Source: an uncultured Bartonella sp.
Lineage (GTDB): Bacteria; Pseudomonadota; Alphaproteobacteria; Rhizobiales; Rhizobiaceae
Assembly: GCA_943913205.1 (NCBI GenBank)
Contig: CALTWN010000001.1
Location: forward strand, 1-58,304
Direction: 5' to 3'
DNA length: 58,304 nt
Shown in pieces: positions 19,869-33,602 of the stretch. A program made the position numbers and the translations under genes. The notes below the pieces were generated by a model. It made no database searches. It saw only the letters and a list, made by a program, of their open reading frames with translations, and was not told the origin of the DNA. Each line of letters begins with the position of its first letter. The first letter of the stretch is position 1.

Positions 19869-20759
19869 ATGCAGCAAATACGTTTATTTATGCAACTGCA
19901 TAAATCGCTAGCTCAAAATTACTTTAATTTAATTGAACAAATTTTTGAAAACGAAAATTATGCATTATCTATAGTTCCATTAGATGAACAAAATGATTTA
20001 TATGAAATTTCGCTTTATTGCTTTGATAAAAATGAAAGTGAAATTATAAATCAATTAGAAAAAATTGCTAAGAATCTACCTATTGCACTTAACATACAAA
20101 AAGAAATCTTACCAGATATTGATTGGGTACAGCATAGTTTAAAAGGTTTAAAGCCGGTAGAGACAAATAATTTTTTCATTTTCGGTAGCCATGATAAACA
20201 TTTAATAAAACCAAACAAAATAAATATTGAAATTGAAGCAAATCAAGCTTTTGGCACTGGGCATCATAATACTACCTTGGGGTGCTTAATTCTTTTAGAA
20301 AAATATTTAACTAAAAATATAAAAAATATATTAGACCTTGGCACTGGCACAGGTATTTTAAGCATGGCTATAGCTATGCAACAAGTAAAACAAAATATTT
20401 TACCATCTATTATAGCTAGCGATATTGACCCAACCGCTATTAGGATAGCTACTGATAATTTTGCATTAAATAAAGTTTCAAAATATATAAAACCTCTTAT
20501 AGCGGAGGGATTAGATGATAAGCAAATTTTAGAGCAAAGCCCCTTTGATCTTATAGTAGCTAATATTTTAGCAAAACCACTTATAGAATTGGCTAAAAAT
20601 ATTAAGAATGTTGTACATAATAATAGCTTGGTAATATTGTCTGGCATATTAAACAAACAAAGCGATGAAGTTATTGCAGCATATAAAAAACATAATTTTA
20701 AAATAGTTGAAATTCTACAAAAAGAAGAATGGGTAGCGTTAATTCTATCTTTAATATAA
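19869..20759 (+). CDS. prmA: Ribosomal protein L11 methyltransferase
   Basis: QAFGTGHHNTT, LDLGTGTGIL, DLIVANILA and LSGIL. Confidence 0.95.
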   Translation: MQQIRLFMQLHKSLAQNYFNLIEQIFENENYALSIVPLDEQNDLYEISLYCFDKNESEIINQLEKIAKNLPIALNIQKEILPDIDWVQHSLKGLKPVETNNFFIFGSHDKHLIKPNKINIEIEANQAFGTGHHNTTLGCLILLEKYLTKNIKNILDLGTGTGILSMAIAMQQVKQNILPSIIASDIDPTAIRIATDNFALNKVSKYIKPLIAEGLDDKQILEQSPFDLIVANILAKPLIELAKNIKNVVHNNSLVILSGILNKQSDEVIAAYKKHNFKIVEILQKEEWVALILSLI

Positions 20760-20777
20760 AAACCAAGGAGCAGAACC

Positions 20778-22601
20778 ATGTTTCAAACATATAATGTTAT
20801 TAGCGATTATTCAAAAAGCTCCACTCGGATAGAGCTACTACGTAACCTGCTTAAAAAAAATGGACTAAATGGTTACATAGTACCGCTAAGCGACGAATAT
20901 CAAGGTGAATATATTGCAGCTTATGCCCAAAGACTACAATGGCTAACTGGGTTTACAGGCTCAGCAGGTATGGCACTTATTTTACTTGATAAGGCCATAT
21001 TTTTTACTGATGGACGCTATAGTTTACAAGTTCGCCAACAAACAGATAATAATATTTTTAGCTATGTAGATTCTACAGATATTTCTATAGCTAAATATTT
21101 GGAGCTAAATATAAAAGATGCAAAAATTGCTATAGATTCTGCACTTTTTACTATAGCTCAAGCTAAAGCTTTGAAAGTAAGTTTAGAAAAAACTAACTCT
21201 AAATTGATATATCCGAATGAAAATTTGGTAGATAATATTTGGGAAGACCAGCCCTTAAAACCAATAACTCCCGTGGTTATTCATCAAATAAAATATAGCG
21301 GTAAAGATTCTAAGCAAAAAATTTTAGAAATCCAGGAAATAATGATTCAAAACAAATGTGACAACATTGTTTTAACTGATGCAACTTCTATTGCATGGCT
21401 TTTTAATATTCGTGGTAACGATGTAGAACATACTCCAGTAACTTTAGCCTTTGCTTGCGTTAGCGCTACAACAGCTCCAACTTTATTTATAAATAAGGAA
21501 AAACTAGATAATGATGTATACGCTTATTTAAATAATATTTGTAATATCGCCGATTCAACAGAATTTTTAAATTTTATAAATACTAAAGCCGAAAAAGGTG
21601 AGAATTTTGGTTTAGATGCCAATAGTTGTGCTGAGCAGGTATACGCAAATTTAGCTCAGCATAAAACAAATATACAATTTATACGCGACCCCATTAAACT
21701 AGCTAAAGCTGTAAAAAATAAAACTGAAATTGAAGGAGCACGTCAGGCACATATACGAGATGGTGTGGCAATGGTACGCTTTTTATGCTGGCTATATCAA
21801 CAAAAAGCAAACAGCGTGGATGAAATTAGCGCTGCAAAACAGCTAGAAAAATTTAGAAAAATAACAGCGATAGATTTCAAAACAGAGCTTAAAGATATAT
21901 CTTTTGATAGTATTTCGGGATGTGGAGAGCATGGCGCTATTATTCACTACCGCGTAAATGAACAAACAAATAAAATTTTACAGCAAGGCGAATTATATTT
22001 AATAGATTCTGGAGCACAATATTTAGATGGTACAACAGATATAACCCGAACTATAGCATTAGGAAATGTAGGCCTAGAAGAAAAAAAATGCTTCACCTTA
22101 GTTTTAAAAGGATTAATAAACCTTTCTATGGCACGCTTTTTACCACATACTAAGGGTCTACATCTAGATATATTAGCTCGTAACGCTTTATTACAGCACG
22201 GCTTAGATTATGCGCACGGTACAGGACACGGCGTTGGCTCTTATCTAGGTGTACATGAAGGGCCACAATCAATAACACGCTTATCCGAGCAAGAATTACT
22301 TACAAATATGATAATATCTAATGAGCCTGGCTATTATAAGGCAGGTCATTTTGGTATTCGCATTGAAAACTTAATTGTAGTTAATTCTGCTCAAAAAGCC
22401 AATAATGAAGAAGTAGCTACGCATTCTTTTGAAACACTAACTCTATGCCCTATAGATATTAGTTTAATAGAAAAAAACTTGCTAAATAAGCAAGAAATAT
22501 TATGGATAAATAACTATCATAAATTTGTTTATAGTAGTTTGGCTAAATATCTAGATGAAACAACTAAGGAGTGGTTGCAGGCTAATACCCAACCTATTTA
22601 A
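20778..22601 (+). CDS. Xaa-Pro aminopeptidase (aminopeptidase P, M24B)
   Basis: TGFTGSAG, DGRY, DSGAQYLDGTTDITRT, HGTGHGVG...VHEGP, SNEPGYY and GIRIEN. Confidence 0.94.
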   Translation: MFQTYNVISDYSKSSTRIELLRNLLKKNGLNGYIVPLSDEYQGEYIAAYAQRLQWLTGFTGSAGMALILLDKAIFFTDGRYSLQVRQQTDNNIFSYVDSTDISIAKYLELNIKDAKIAIDSALFTIAQAKALKVSLEKTNSKLIYPNENLVDNIWEDQPLKPITPVVIHQIKYSGKDSKQKILEIQEIMIQNKCDNIVLTDATSIAWLFNIRGNDVEHTPVTLAFACVSATTAPTLFINKEKLDNDVYAYLNNICNIADSTEFLNFINTKAEKGENFGLDANSCAEQVYANLAQHKTNIQFIRDPIKLAKAVKNKTEIEGARQAHIRDGVAMVRFLCWLYQQKANSVDEISAAKQLEKFRKITAIDFKTELKDISFDSISGCGEHGAIIHYRVNEQTNKILQQGELYLIDSGAQYLDGTTDITRTIALGNVGLEEKKCFTLVLKGLINLSMARFLPHTKGLHLDILARNALLQHGLDYAHGTGHGVGSYLGVHEGPQSITRLSEQELLTNMIISNEPGYYKAGHFGIRIENLIVVNSAQKANNEEVATHSFETLTLCPIDISLIEKNLLNKQEILWINNYHKFVYSSLAKYLDETTKEWLQANTQPI

Positions 22602-22622
22602 ATATAAGCCAGGGCTTATATT
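22601..22622. terminator. Hairpin between convergent aminopeptidase P and ligA; probable bidirectional terminator
   Basis: AATATAAGCC-AG-GGCTTATATT inverted repeat with A/T-rich flanks. Confidence 0.55.
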
Positions 22623-22641
22623 AATTTCATAAGTTTATTTA

Positions 22642-26258
<3,617 letters not shown>

Positions 26259-26270
26259 TTTTTGCAAAAC

Positions 26271-27110
26271 CTATTGAGCAAAAACCTTATATAGCCAAGA
26301 ATTTTTATTTATTGTCATAGGTACATTAGATTTTTGCAGTAAATCATATGCGCTTTTGTACCACGCACTATCTGGATAATTATACCCTAATATATAAGTT
26401 GTAGTTCGCGCCTCTACAGTTAAACCTAAAGTTTCATTAACTTCAACACAGCGGTATAAAGCCTCTTCAGTTAAATTAGTGTCTTTATAATGTTCTAACA
26501 CATATCTATAACGTTTTAGCGCCGCCACATAATCATTATGCTGTTGATAATAACGGCCTACCCGCATTTCTTTTTCAGCTAATTGATTCTTTGCAAAACG
26601 TATTTTATCTTTTGCATCTTCTATATATGGTGAATCAGGGTAATTAGTAATTAAACTTTGCATTGCTTTAATAGTTTCATTAGCATTACTTTGATCAAAT
26701 GTTATACTTGGTATTTGATGGAAATAAGATAGCCCCATAAGATAATTTATATAGGAAGCATCTTTCGTTTTATTATATTGCACCAAATATCTTGAAGCTG
26801 CATTTACCGCATCAGTATAATTTGTTCCTTTAAAATTGCTATAAACCTGCATTATTAAAGACTTACGAGCCCATTCTGTAAGAGGATGCTGAGTTTCTAC
26901 TACAGAAAATTTTAAAGCGGCCTGTTTATATCTACCAGCATCAAAATTAGCTAAAGCTTCATTATACACTACATCAGCCGGCTCTACTTTTTGTTGAGCT
27001 GCTAACAAATCAGCGTTTTTACTGCTAGAGCAACCTGCAATTTGTAAAGCATTTAGCATAATAAATAGAAAGGCAAGTTTTCTACTCAAAGTTTTGATAG
27101 CGTAAATCAT
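26271..27110 (-). CDS. bamD: Outer-membrane protein assembly lipoprotein BamD
   Basis: Lipobox IAGC, TPR helices, LAEKEMRVGRYY and LGYNYPDSAWY; lies between lpxC and recN. Confidence 0.92.
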   Translation of the reverse strand: MIYAIKTLSRKLAFLFIMLNALQIAGCSSSKNADLLAAQQKVEPADVVYNEALANFDAGRYKQAALKFSVVETQHPLTEWARKSLIMQVYSNFKGTNYTDAVNAASRYLVQYNKTKDASYINYLMGLSYFHQIPSITFDQSNANETIKAMQSLITNYPDSPYIEDAKDKIRFAKNQLAEKEMRVGRYYQQHNDYVAALKRYRYVLEHYKDTNLTEEALYRCVEVNETLGLTVEARTTTYILGYNYPDSAWYKSAYDLLQKSNVPMTINKNSWLYKVFAQ

Positions 27111-27161
27111 TTGAAAATATCCTATTATATAGGATATAGCTTACACAAAAAACTTCAACAT

Positions 27162-28010
27162 TTAAATAGTTTTTATAAGTTTTTCAACTAATTTCAAGTT
27201 TAAATCATGCCCGCTACAATATGAGCGGAACTTACCTATAAATCTTTTTCCAAGTAAAAATGTATCGCCAATAGCATCCAATAATTTATGCCTAACAAAC
27301 TCTTTTTCTAAACGCAACCCCTCAGGATTTATAATATTATTATCGTTTCCAATAACAATAGAATTATTTAGTGACGCTCCTAACGCCATACCTTTTGCCC
27401 GTAAATATTCGGCGTCTGCTAAAAAACCAAAAGTACGGGCTGGGGCTATTTCATTTTTGTAATCGCCCCTATGCATATCAAATATTGTATTTTGATATCC
27501 TATACTGGGATTTTCAAATTTTATAGTAACATCATAACAGGTACCCTCATATGGCAAAAATTCAGCAAATTTGAAGCCATTTTCTACTCTAACCGGGGTT
27601 CTTATTTTATAATATTCTCGTATAGCATTTTGCTCAATAACAGATATTTGCTCAAAAGCATCAACAAATATAATAGCGCTTCCATCAAAAATAGGCACCT
27701 CATTTGATGTAATATCTATAAATATGTTGTCTATATCGCAAGCACAAATAGCCGAGAGTAAATGTTCTACTGTATCTATGGTAAAAATGTTAGTAGAATC
27801 CGATGCCAAGGCTGTACAAAGGCTTGTTTTATAAACATTATTGTAGCAAGCTTTTATAGCTATATTTTCATTTTTATTATTTTTACGAAAAAAAACAACG
27901 CCGCTATTGGGCGGCGCTGGACGTAAAATAATATTAGAAGCTAAACCGCTATGTACACCATAACCCCTTAGCTCTATTTCATCTTTAATTGTTTTTTGTA
28001 AAGCCTTCAT
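27162..28010 (-). CDS. lpxC: UDP-3-O-acyl-N-acetylglucosamine deacetylase
   Basis: GYGVHSG, TVEHLL, DGSA, ARTFGF and HKLLDAIGD. Confidence 0.97.
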   Translation of the reverse strand: MKALQKTIKDEIELRGYGVHSGLASNIILRPAPPNSGVVFFRKNNKNENIAIKACYNNVYKTSLCTALASDSTNIFTIDTVEHLLSAICACDIDNIFIDITSNEVPIFDGSAIIFVDAFEQISVIEQNAIREYYKIRTPVRVENGFKFAEFLPYEGTCYDVTIKFENPSIGYQNTIFDMHRGDYKNEIAPARTFGFLADAEYLRAKGMALGASLNNSIVIGNDNNIINPEGLRLEKEFVRHKLLDAIGDTFLLGKRFIGKFRSYCSGHDLNLKLVEKLIKTI

Positions 28011-28023
28011 AAAACATATATTT

Positions 28024-29526
28024 TTAATTGGCTCTTCTACGCAAAAAAGCAGGTATTTCTAATTCATCTATATCATCTATTTTAGATTCTGGCGTTTTAA
28101 CAGAAGAAACTATATTTTGTGTCGATACTTTTTGAATAGATTCCACAGGCTCAAATTTCGTAACCTCAGGTGTAGTTTCTTTTATTTTAAAACTTTTTGT
28201 TAATTTATTCCATAAATTACGTGGCTGCGAAACAGGAAAGATCCCGGCATTAGCTGCCTCAAAACTACGCCTAATAATAGGTGAGAAATCGTCAAGCGAT
28301 AAAGCAGCAGAATTTTCAGGCTCAATTTTTTCGCTATTAACATCTTCTTCAAGAGCAGAAGACAGTTCCAAGGACAAAGTTGCAGCCAAATCATTATCTA
28401 CTGGTTTAGAAGCATCTAGTTTTGTTTCTTCTTCAAAAAAATTAAAGCTATCTTTAGCTTCAAATTGATTAGTAGGTGTAGGTTCGCTTGTTTCAATATT
28501 AGAGGTATGATTTAATATAGTATTTGTATGATCAACAGGCGAATAACCTTGATTATTATCCCCATTTACTATACCGGTCGCAACCACTGAAACTTTTAAA
28601 GTACCTTCTAAGGTTGAATCGTCAATAGCCCCAAAAATCACATCAGCATCGGCATCTACTTCTTGCCTAATTCTATTTGCAGCTTCATCTACCTCAAACA
28701 AAGTCATATCGCTACCACCCGTGATAGAAATCAACAAACCGCGAGCACCATGCATTGAAGTTTCATCCAATAAGGGGTTAGCTATAGCTGCTTCAGCCGC
28801 TTTCAATGCACGTCCTTCGCCGCTTGCTTCTCCTGTGCCCATCATAGCACGTCCCATATTTGTCATAACTGAACGAACATCGGCAAAATCTAAATTTATC
28901 AAACCTTCTTTTACCATTAAATTAGTTATTGAAGCCACCCCTGAATACAACACCTGGTCTGCCATGCTAAAGGCCTCAGCGAAAGTTGTTTTAGCGTTTG
29001 CGATACGAAATAAGTTTTGGTTCGGTATAACAATTAAAGTATCAACACATTCTTGCAGCTCTTTAATACCTTCTTCAGCCGTTTTCATTCTACGAATGCC
29101 TTCAAAGTCAAAAGGTTTTGTAACTACACCAACGGTTAGAATACCTTTTTCTTTAGCCATACGTGCTATCACAGGAGCTGCTCCAGTGCCGGTGCCCCCT
29201 CCCATACCAGCAGTAATAAAGGCCATATGATAATTAGAAAGATGCGCTATAATTTCATCTTCGCACTCTTCTGCTGCAGCTCTACCCATTTCTGGCATAG
29301 CACCTGCACCCAAACCTTGGGTTACTGCACTACCAAGTTGAATCAATTTTTCTGAACGAGACATAGCAAGCGCCTGGGCATCTGTATTAGCAACTACAAA
29401 ATCAACGCCTTGTAGCCCTGCATTAATCATATTATTAACTGCGTTACCACCGCCCCCGCCTACACCAAAAACTGTAATACGTGGTTTTAACTCGGTTAAA
29501 TCTGGGCGCTTAATTTCAGATGTCAT
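28024..29526 (-). CDS. ftsZ: Cell division protein FtsZ (long linker)
   Basis: [19 protein letters not shown] and C-terminal LEIPAFLRR. Probable start is the ATG at 29526 (MTSEIKRPD); the ORF extends to 29550. Confidence 0.98.
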   Translation of the reverse strand: MTSEIKRPDLTELKPRITVFGVGGGGGNAVNNMINAGLQGVDFVVANTDAQALAMSRSEKLIQLGSAVTQGLGAGAMPEMGRAAAEECEDEIIAHLSNYHMAFITAGMGGGTGTGAAPVIARMAKEKGILTVGVVTKPFDFEGIRRMKTAEEGIKELQECVDTLIVIPNQNLFRIANAKTTFAEAFSMADQVLYSGVASITNLMVKEGLINLDFADVRSVMTNMGRAMMGTGEASGEGRALKAAEAAIANPLLDETSMHGARGLLISITGGSDMTLFEVDEAANRIRQEVDADADVIFGAIDDSTLEGTLKVSVVATGIVNGDNNQGYSPVDHTNTILNHTSNIETSEPTPTNQFEAKDSFNFFEEETKLDASKPVDNDLAATLSLELSSALEEDVNSEKIEPENSAALSLDDFSPIIRRSFEAANAGIFPVSQPRNLWNKLTKSFKIKETTPEVTKFEPVESIQKVSTQNIVSSVKTPESKIDDIDELEIPAFLRRRAN

Positions 29527-29595
29527 TCCTGTGAATCCTTCTAAAGTCATTTTATAAATATACCATAAACTTATATTCTTAACTAAATCTAAAAA

Positions 29596-30822
29596 TTAAT
29601 AAATCATTCTATTAATTTTTTTACCTAAAGCCAAAAAACAATTGCGAAAACTAAAACATTTTTGTACAGCAGCCAAAACCGTAAAATTATTTTGCTCTAC
29701 ATATTCAGGATATGCTAACAACCCAAGAGCTGTTGAATATGCAGCTGAATTTGGCAAAGACTGTATATTAGTAAAACCTAAAGGTCTCCCTAACCTTACT
29801 TTTGTTTTAAATATTTTTTCTGCCAAATCAGTATAAGCGCCAAGATAAGAACCACCTCCTGTTAATACAATAGTTTTACCTTTTATAAAATTTGCAGCCA
29901 CAGCTTTTAAAGATTTGTCGATTAAAATTAAAATTTCTTCACCGCGAGCTGTTATAACAGAAGTTAAGTTTTTTTCTTTAATATTAGCATCTAAAAAACC
30001 CTCTAAACATTTAAGTTTTTCTGCTTTTTCAAAAGAAAGCCCCAAACTTCGCTCCAAATCTAAAGTTATATGATTACTACCGCAAGGCACTGTTGTGGCA
30101 TAAATTAATCTATTTTTTAGAAAGGCAGCGCAACTAGTTGTTGCAGCGCCGATATCTATACAAATTCCGCCCACAGCCATTTCTTGCTCTAATAATACTG
30201 CTAATGCGCTCGCAAAAGGAGCTGCCACTACACCTTCAACATCTAAGTAACAGCGTTGTAAACATAGCTCTAAATTTTGTAGCGCCGAAAAATCTATACT
30301 TAAAAGCTGAAGCTTAGCCTTTAGATTGTTTCCTATCATCCCTATTGGATTTTCAATTGCCAAACTTTCATCTAAACGATACTCAACAGGCAAGCAATGT
30401 AATATGGTCTCTTTTGCATTTGGGCGCACTTTTTGCATTAATTTAGACAAAAGCAAATAATCAACTGCCTTTCCGTCTAAATCTATGTTAACAAATATAT
30501 TACGGCTTTTAATACGTGCAGAATTTATACCAACTAAAATGGATTTTACCTCTATATTTGCAGCTTTTTCTGCTTCCGAAACAGCAAATTTTATAGAAGT
30601 TTCCGCCTCAGCCATATTACTAATTATACCGCCCTTTATACCTATAGAGCGGCAAACGCCATAACCTAAAATTTCTATGTCACTAGAACGGCCAAGCAAC
30701 TGTTTGGAGGCGTCTTTAGGCTTAATTCTTGCTATAAAACACGCAACTTTGCTAGAGCCAATATCTAACACCGTTAAAATACGCTCCTTTTTATCTGAAA
30801 TAGAGCTACGTTTAAACAGCAT
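29596..30822 (-). CDS. ftsA: Cell division protein FtsA
   Basis: LDIGSSKV, IDIGAATT, VLTGGG and VRLGRP; dcw position. Confidence 0.94.
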   Translation of the reverse strand: MLFKRSSISDKKERILTVLDIGSSKVACFIARIKPKDASKQLLGRSSDIEILGYGVCRSIGIKGGIISNMAEAETSIKFAVSEAEKAANIEVKSILVGINSARIKSRNIFVNIDLDGKAVDYLLLSKLMQKVRPNAKETILHCLPVEYRLDESLAIENPIGMIGNNLKAKLQLLSIDFSALQNLELCLQRCYLDVEGVVAAPFASALAVLLEQEMAVGGICIDIGAATTSCAAFLKNRLIYATTVPCGSNHITLDLERSLGLSFEKAEKLKCLEGFLDANIKEKNLTSVITARGEEILILIDKSLKAVAANFIKGKTIVLTGGGSYLGAYTDLAEKIFKTKVRLGRPLGFTNIQSLPNSAAYSTALGLLAYPEYVEQNNFTVLAAVQKCFSFRNCFLALGKKINRMIY

Positions 30823-31666
30823 TATTCACCTCAGATTGTGTTTTTAATTTATCAGCCAAAATAACGGAAATTGCAATTGGGTTTCGTAAGTCTATAATTT
30901 TAACATTTTTACTTAATAATTTTTGCAAAATACCTTTTTTTAAAATGTTATTTAAACTAGCAATAGGAGCCACTGAAGGCAATTTTATGCGTACACCATT
31001 ATTTAACAGTAAATCCCAGCGATTATTAGCAAAGCAAATACAAGTATTTACGCTAGCAAATAAATCATTTAATTTTCGCAATTTATTTAAAAATTCAAGA
31101 GCCTCTAAAGCTGTAACTTCCCCCTCAACCATAGGCATTTTTTTTGCTGCAATAAATTGCTTATCAAAAGGCCCCATAAAAACGCCTTTATCATCTATAA
31201 CCTCAATATCACCTTTATTATTATATAAAGCATAAGCTTTGCGTTCTTTTATAATAATTTCCAGCCTATTCGGATAGCATTTTTCTATTTCTACATCACT
31301 AACCCAAGGAAGTATTATTAATTTAGATCGCGCTTCTATAGCATTAAATTTATACAAGGATGTAGTTTTATCAACACCAATAATTTTCATAAGCTGACGA
31401 TTGCCTAAATGTCTATCACCTATAACTACCACCTGCTTTATAATAAATTGCGAGTGCATAGATGTATTTAAAGCAAAAAACGTGTTTTTTATATATGACT
31501 GGTAGGCTACTGATAAAAACAATAAAGCTAGTACAAAAACAGCTTTAGTAATAATTTTGCCATACCTTAAAAAGTCAGCTTCATAATATTTAACAGAATA
31601 TCCAAAAAAAATATTTTTATTTATATAGCCCGCTACCCTTTGCAAGATGCATCCTCCACAATCCAA
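30812..31666 (-). CDS. ftsQ: Cell division protein FtsQ (start uncertain)
   Basis: Single TM, POTRA domain (LPWV...[12 protein letters not shown]), RWDL and IDLR; lies between ddl and ftsA. Confidence 0.88.
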   Translation of the reverse strand: MDCGGCILQRVAGYINKNIFFGYSVKYYEADFLRYGKIITKAVFVLALLFLSVAYQSYIKNTFFALNTSMHSQFIIKQVVVIGDRHLGNRQLMKIIGVDKTTSLYKFNAIEARSKLIILPWVSDVEIEKCYPNRLEIIIKERKAYALYNNKGDIEVIDDKGVFMGPFDKQFIAAKKMPMVEGEVTALEALEFLNKLRKLNDLFASVNTCICFANNRWDLLLNNGVRIKLPSVAPIASLNNILKKGILQKLLSKNVKIIDLRNPIAISVILADKLKTQSEVNNAV

Positions 31667-32559
31667 CGCACAAGCTCATTAAATGATATACCACTCACCT
31701 GAGCTATTTCTGGCAACAATGATGTAGGTGTCATACCTGGCTGTGTATTAATTTCTAGCCATACGAGCTCACCAGTTTCGTTATCATAGCGAAAGTCTGA
31801 ACGGCTAACACCACTACAGCCAATAGCTCGATGTGCTTTCAATGCCATTATTTGCACATCTTTGTAAATATTTGGTAAAATATTCGCTGGGCATATATGT
31901 TTAGACCCACCTGGTTCGTATTTAGCTCTTATATCATAAAAATCATATTGTTCACTTATAAATATTTCACATACATCTAAAGCCTTACTACCCATAACGC
32001 CGCATGCAAATTCTTGTCCAGCTACATAAGATTCGACTAAAACTCGATCGCCGAACGACCAATCTTTACTACTCAACATAAGAGGTGGTTTATCTTCTTC
32101 GTTTTTTATGATAATAACGCCCACACTTGAACCTTCAATTAACGGTTTAATTACATAAGGAACAGGCATAGGATGCTTATTGCCTATATCAAAACGGTTC
32201 ATAACAATAGAGTTAGCCACATTCACGCCGGCATCAGCCACTATAATTTTTGCTTTAGCTTTATCCATAGCCAATGCTGAAGCTAAAACCCCAGAATGCG
32301 TATATGGAATTTTTAAATATTCTAAGATAGCTTGAATTTTGCCATCTTCACCAAACGGTCCGTGCAAAGCATTAAAAGCAATATCTGCGTTGGAATGTTC
32401 AATTAAACTCACCAAATTTTCACCGACATTTGTAATATCTAATGCGATAGCATCATACCCTAATTCATTTAAAGATTTAGTACAGGCCTTACCTGTAGCG
32501 AGACTAATAGCGCTTTCAGAAGAATCTCCGCCCATTAAGACAACTACTTTTTTTCTCAT
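31633..32559 (-). CDS. ddl: D-alanine--D-alanine ligase
   Basis: [23 protein letters not shown] and EINTQPGMT. Confidence 0.97.
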   Translation of the reverse strand: MRKKVVVLMGGDSSESAISLATGKACTKSLNELGYDAIALDITNVGENLVSLIEHSNADIAFNALHGPFGEDGKIQAILEYLKIPYTHSGVLASALAMDKAKAKIIVADAGVNVANSIVMNRFDIGNKHPMPVPYVIKPLIEGSSVGVIIIKNEEDKPPLMLSSKDWSFGDRVLVESYVAGQEFACGVMGSKALDVCEIFISEQYDFYDIRAKYEPGGSKHICPANILPNIYKDVQIMALKAHRAIGCSGVSRSDFRYDNETGELVWLEINTQPGMTPTSLLPEIAQVSGISFNELVRWIVEDASCKG

Positions 32560-32577
32560 TGCAACATTCCAAATAAC

Positions 32578-32586
32578 TGTGGATAA
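32578..32586 (-). promoter_or_regulatory. Consensus DnaA box upstream of ddl
   Basis: TGTGGATAA on + (TTATCCACA on -), 18 bp from the ddl start; GANTC sites at 32603 and 32625. Confidence 0.5.
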
Positions 32587-32658
32587 AACTATAAAGTTTT
32601 GCGAATCGCTTTACATCTATGAATGAATCATTTTGCCAACATTTATGCAAGTAAAAAT

Positions 32659-33600
32659 TTATTTTTTACTAAAATTTTTTACATTTTTGTCAGCAACAAA
32701 ATTACCAATACGCTGTATTTCCCATTCTAGAAAATTATTGCTATGCTCAAACACGCGCTGCCGAACTAGCTCTCCTAGTTTCTCTAGCTCAAAAGCCGTA
32801 GCTGCACCTTTATTTATCATAAAGTTACAATGCATTTCGCTCATGCAGGCATCTCCAATACACAAGCCTCTACAGCCAGCTTCAGCAATAGCTTCCCAAG
32901 CTGATTTATTTACTAAATTTTTAAAGGTAGAACCACCTGTTTTTTCTCTTACCGGTTGAGCTTCATTGCGATGTTTTAAAACTATATCTATAAGATCTAA
33001 AATTTTTTGTTTTGAGCTTTTGTATCCTTTTAAAACAGCGCTTAAAAAAATATATTGTTTTGCTATACCGCAAGAACGATAACTAAAATTCATTTCTTCA
33101 TTTGTAAATTCTTTGATATTGCCACTTCTATCCATAGCTCTTACCATTTCTACGCGTTGCGAAGTTTCAACATTGTTCGCGCCCGCATTCATAGCTATAG
33201 CTCCACCTAAATTACCCGGAATACCGCTATAAAAATGAAAACCTCCAATACCTGCTTCGGCAGCAAATAAACTAAGCTTTTTATCAGTTGCCCCACATTG
33301 GCTAAAAATTTTTTCTTCAGAAATTTGCTTTACTTCACCAAATTTCTTACTGCCCAAGCGTAAAACAGCCCCTTTTATACCTCCATCCCTTACCAGTAAA
33401 TTGGTACCTATGCCTATAATTTGTAATGGCGTTTCAGCACCTATAATGTTTAAAAATGCCGCTAAATCTTCTTCATCTTCTGGCTCAAATAGCAAATCTG
33501 CTAACCCGCCCGTACGAAACCATACAATTTTTGCCATATCGGCATTAAAGATTACTTTGCCTCGTAACTTTTCTAGCTTTTCTCTCAACGCACTAAACAT
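32659..33600 (-). CDS. murB: UDP-N-acetylmuramate dehydrogenase
   Basis: FRTGG, GTNLLVRDGG, GIPG...MNAGA, GGSTFKN and HCNF. Probable start is the ATG at 33600. Confidence 0.96.
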   Translation of the reverse strand: MFSALREKLEKLRGKVIFNADMAKIVWFRTGGLADLLFEPEDEEDLAAFLNIIGAETPLQIIGIGTNLLVRDGGIKGAVLRLGSKKFGEVKQISEEKIFSQCGATDKKLSLFAAEAGIGGFHFYSGIPGNLGGAIAMNAGANNVETSQRVEMVRAMDRSGNIKEFTNEEMNFSYRSCGIAKQYIFLSAVLKGYKSSKQKILDLIDIVLKHRNEAQPVREKTGGSTFKNLVNKSAWEAIAEAGCRGLCIGDACMSEMHCNFMINKGAATAFELEKLGELVRQRVFEHSNNFLEWEIQRIGNFVADKNVKNFSKK

Positions 33601-33602
33601 AT

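Noticed and set aside
28024..28620. Long low-conservation insert in FtsZ
   Set aside because: Long linkers are normal for alphaproteobacterial FtsZ.
29551..29595. CtrA box upstream of ftsZ
   Set aside because: Only an imperfect TTTA-N7-TTAA is present, which is not significant at this AT content.
32560..32658. Replication origin suggested by the DnaA box
   Set aside because: It is a single box in a 99-bp gap inside the dcw operon, with no box cluster and no origin-associated genes.
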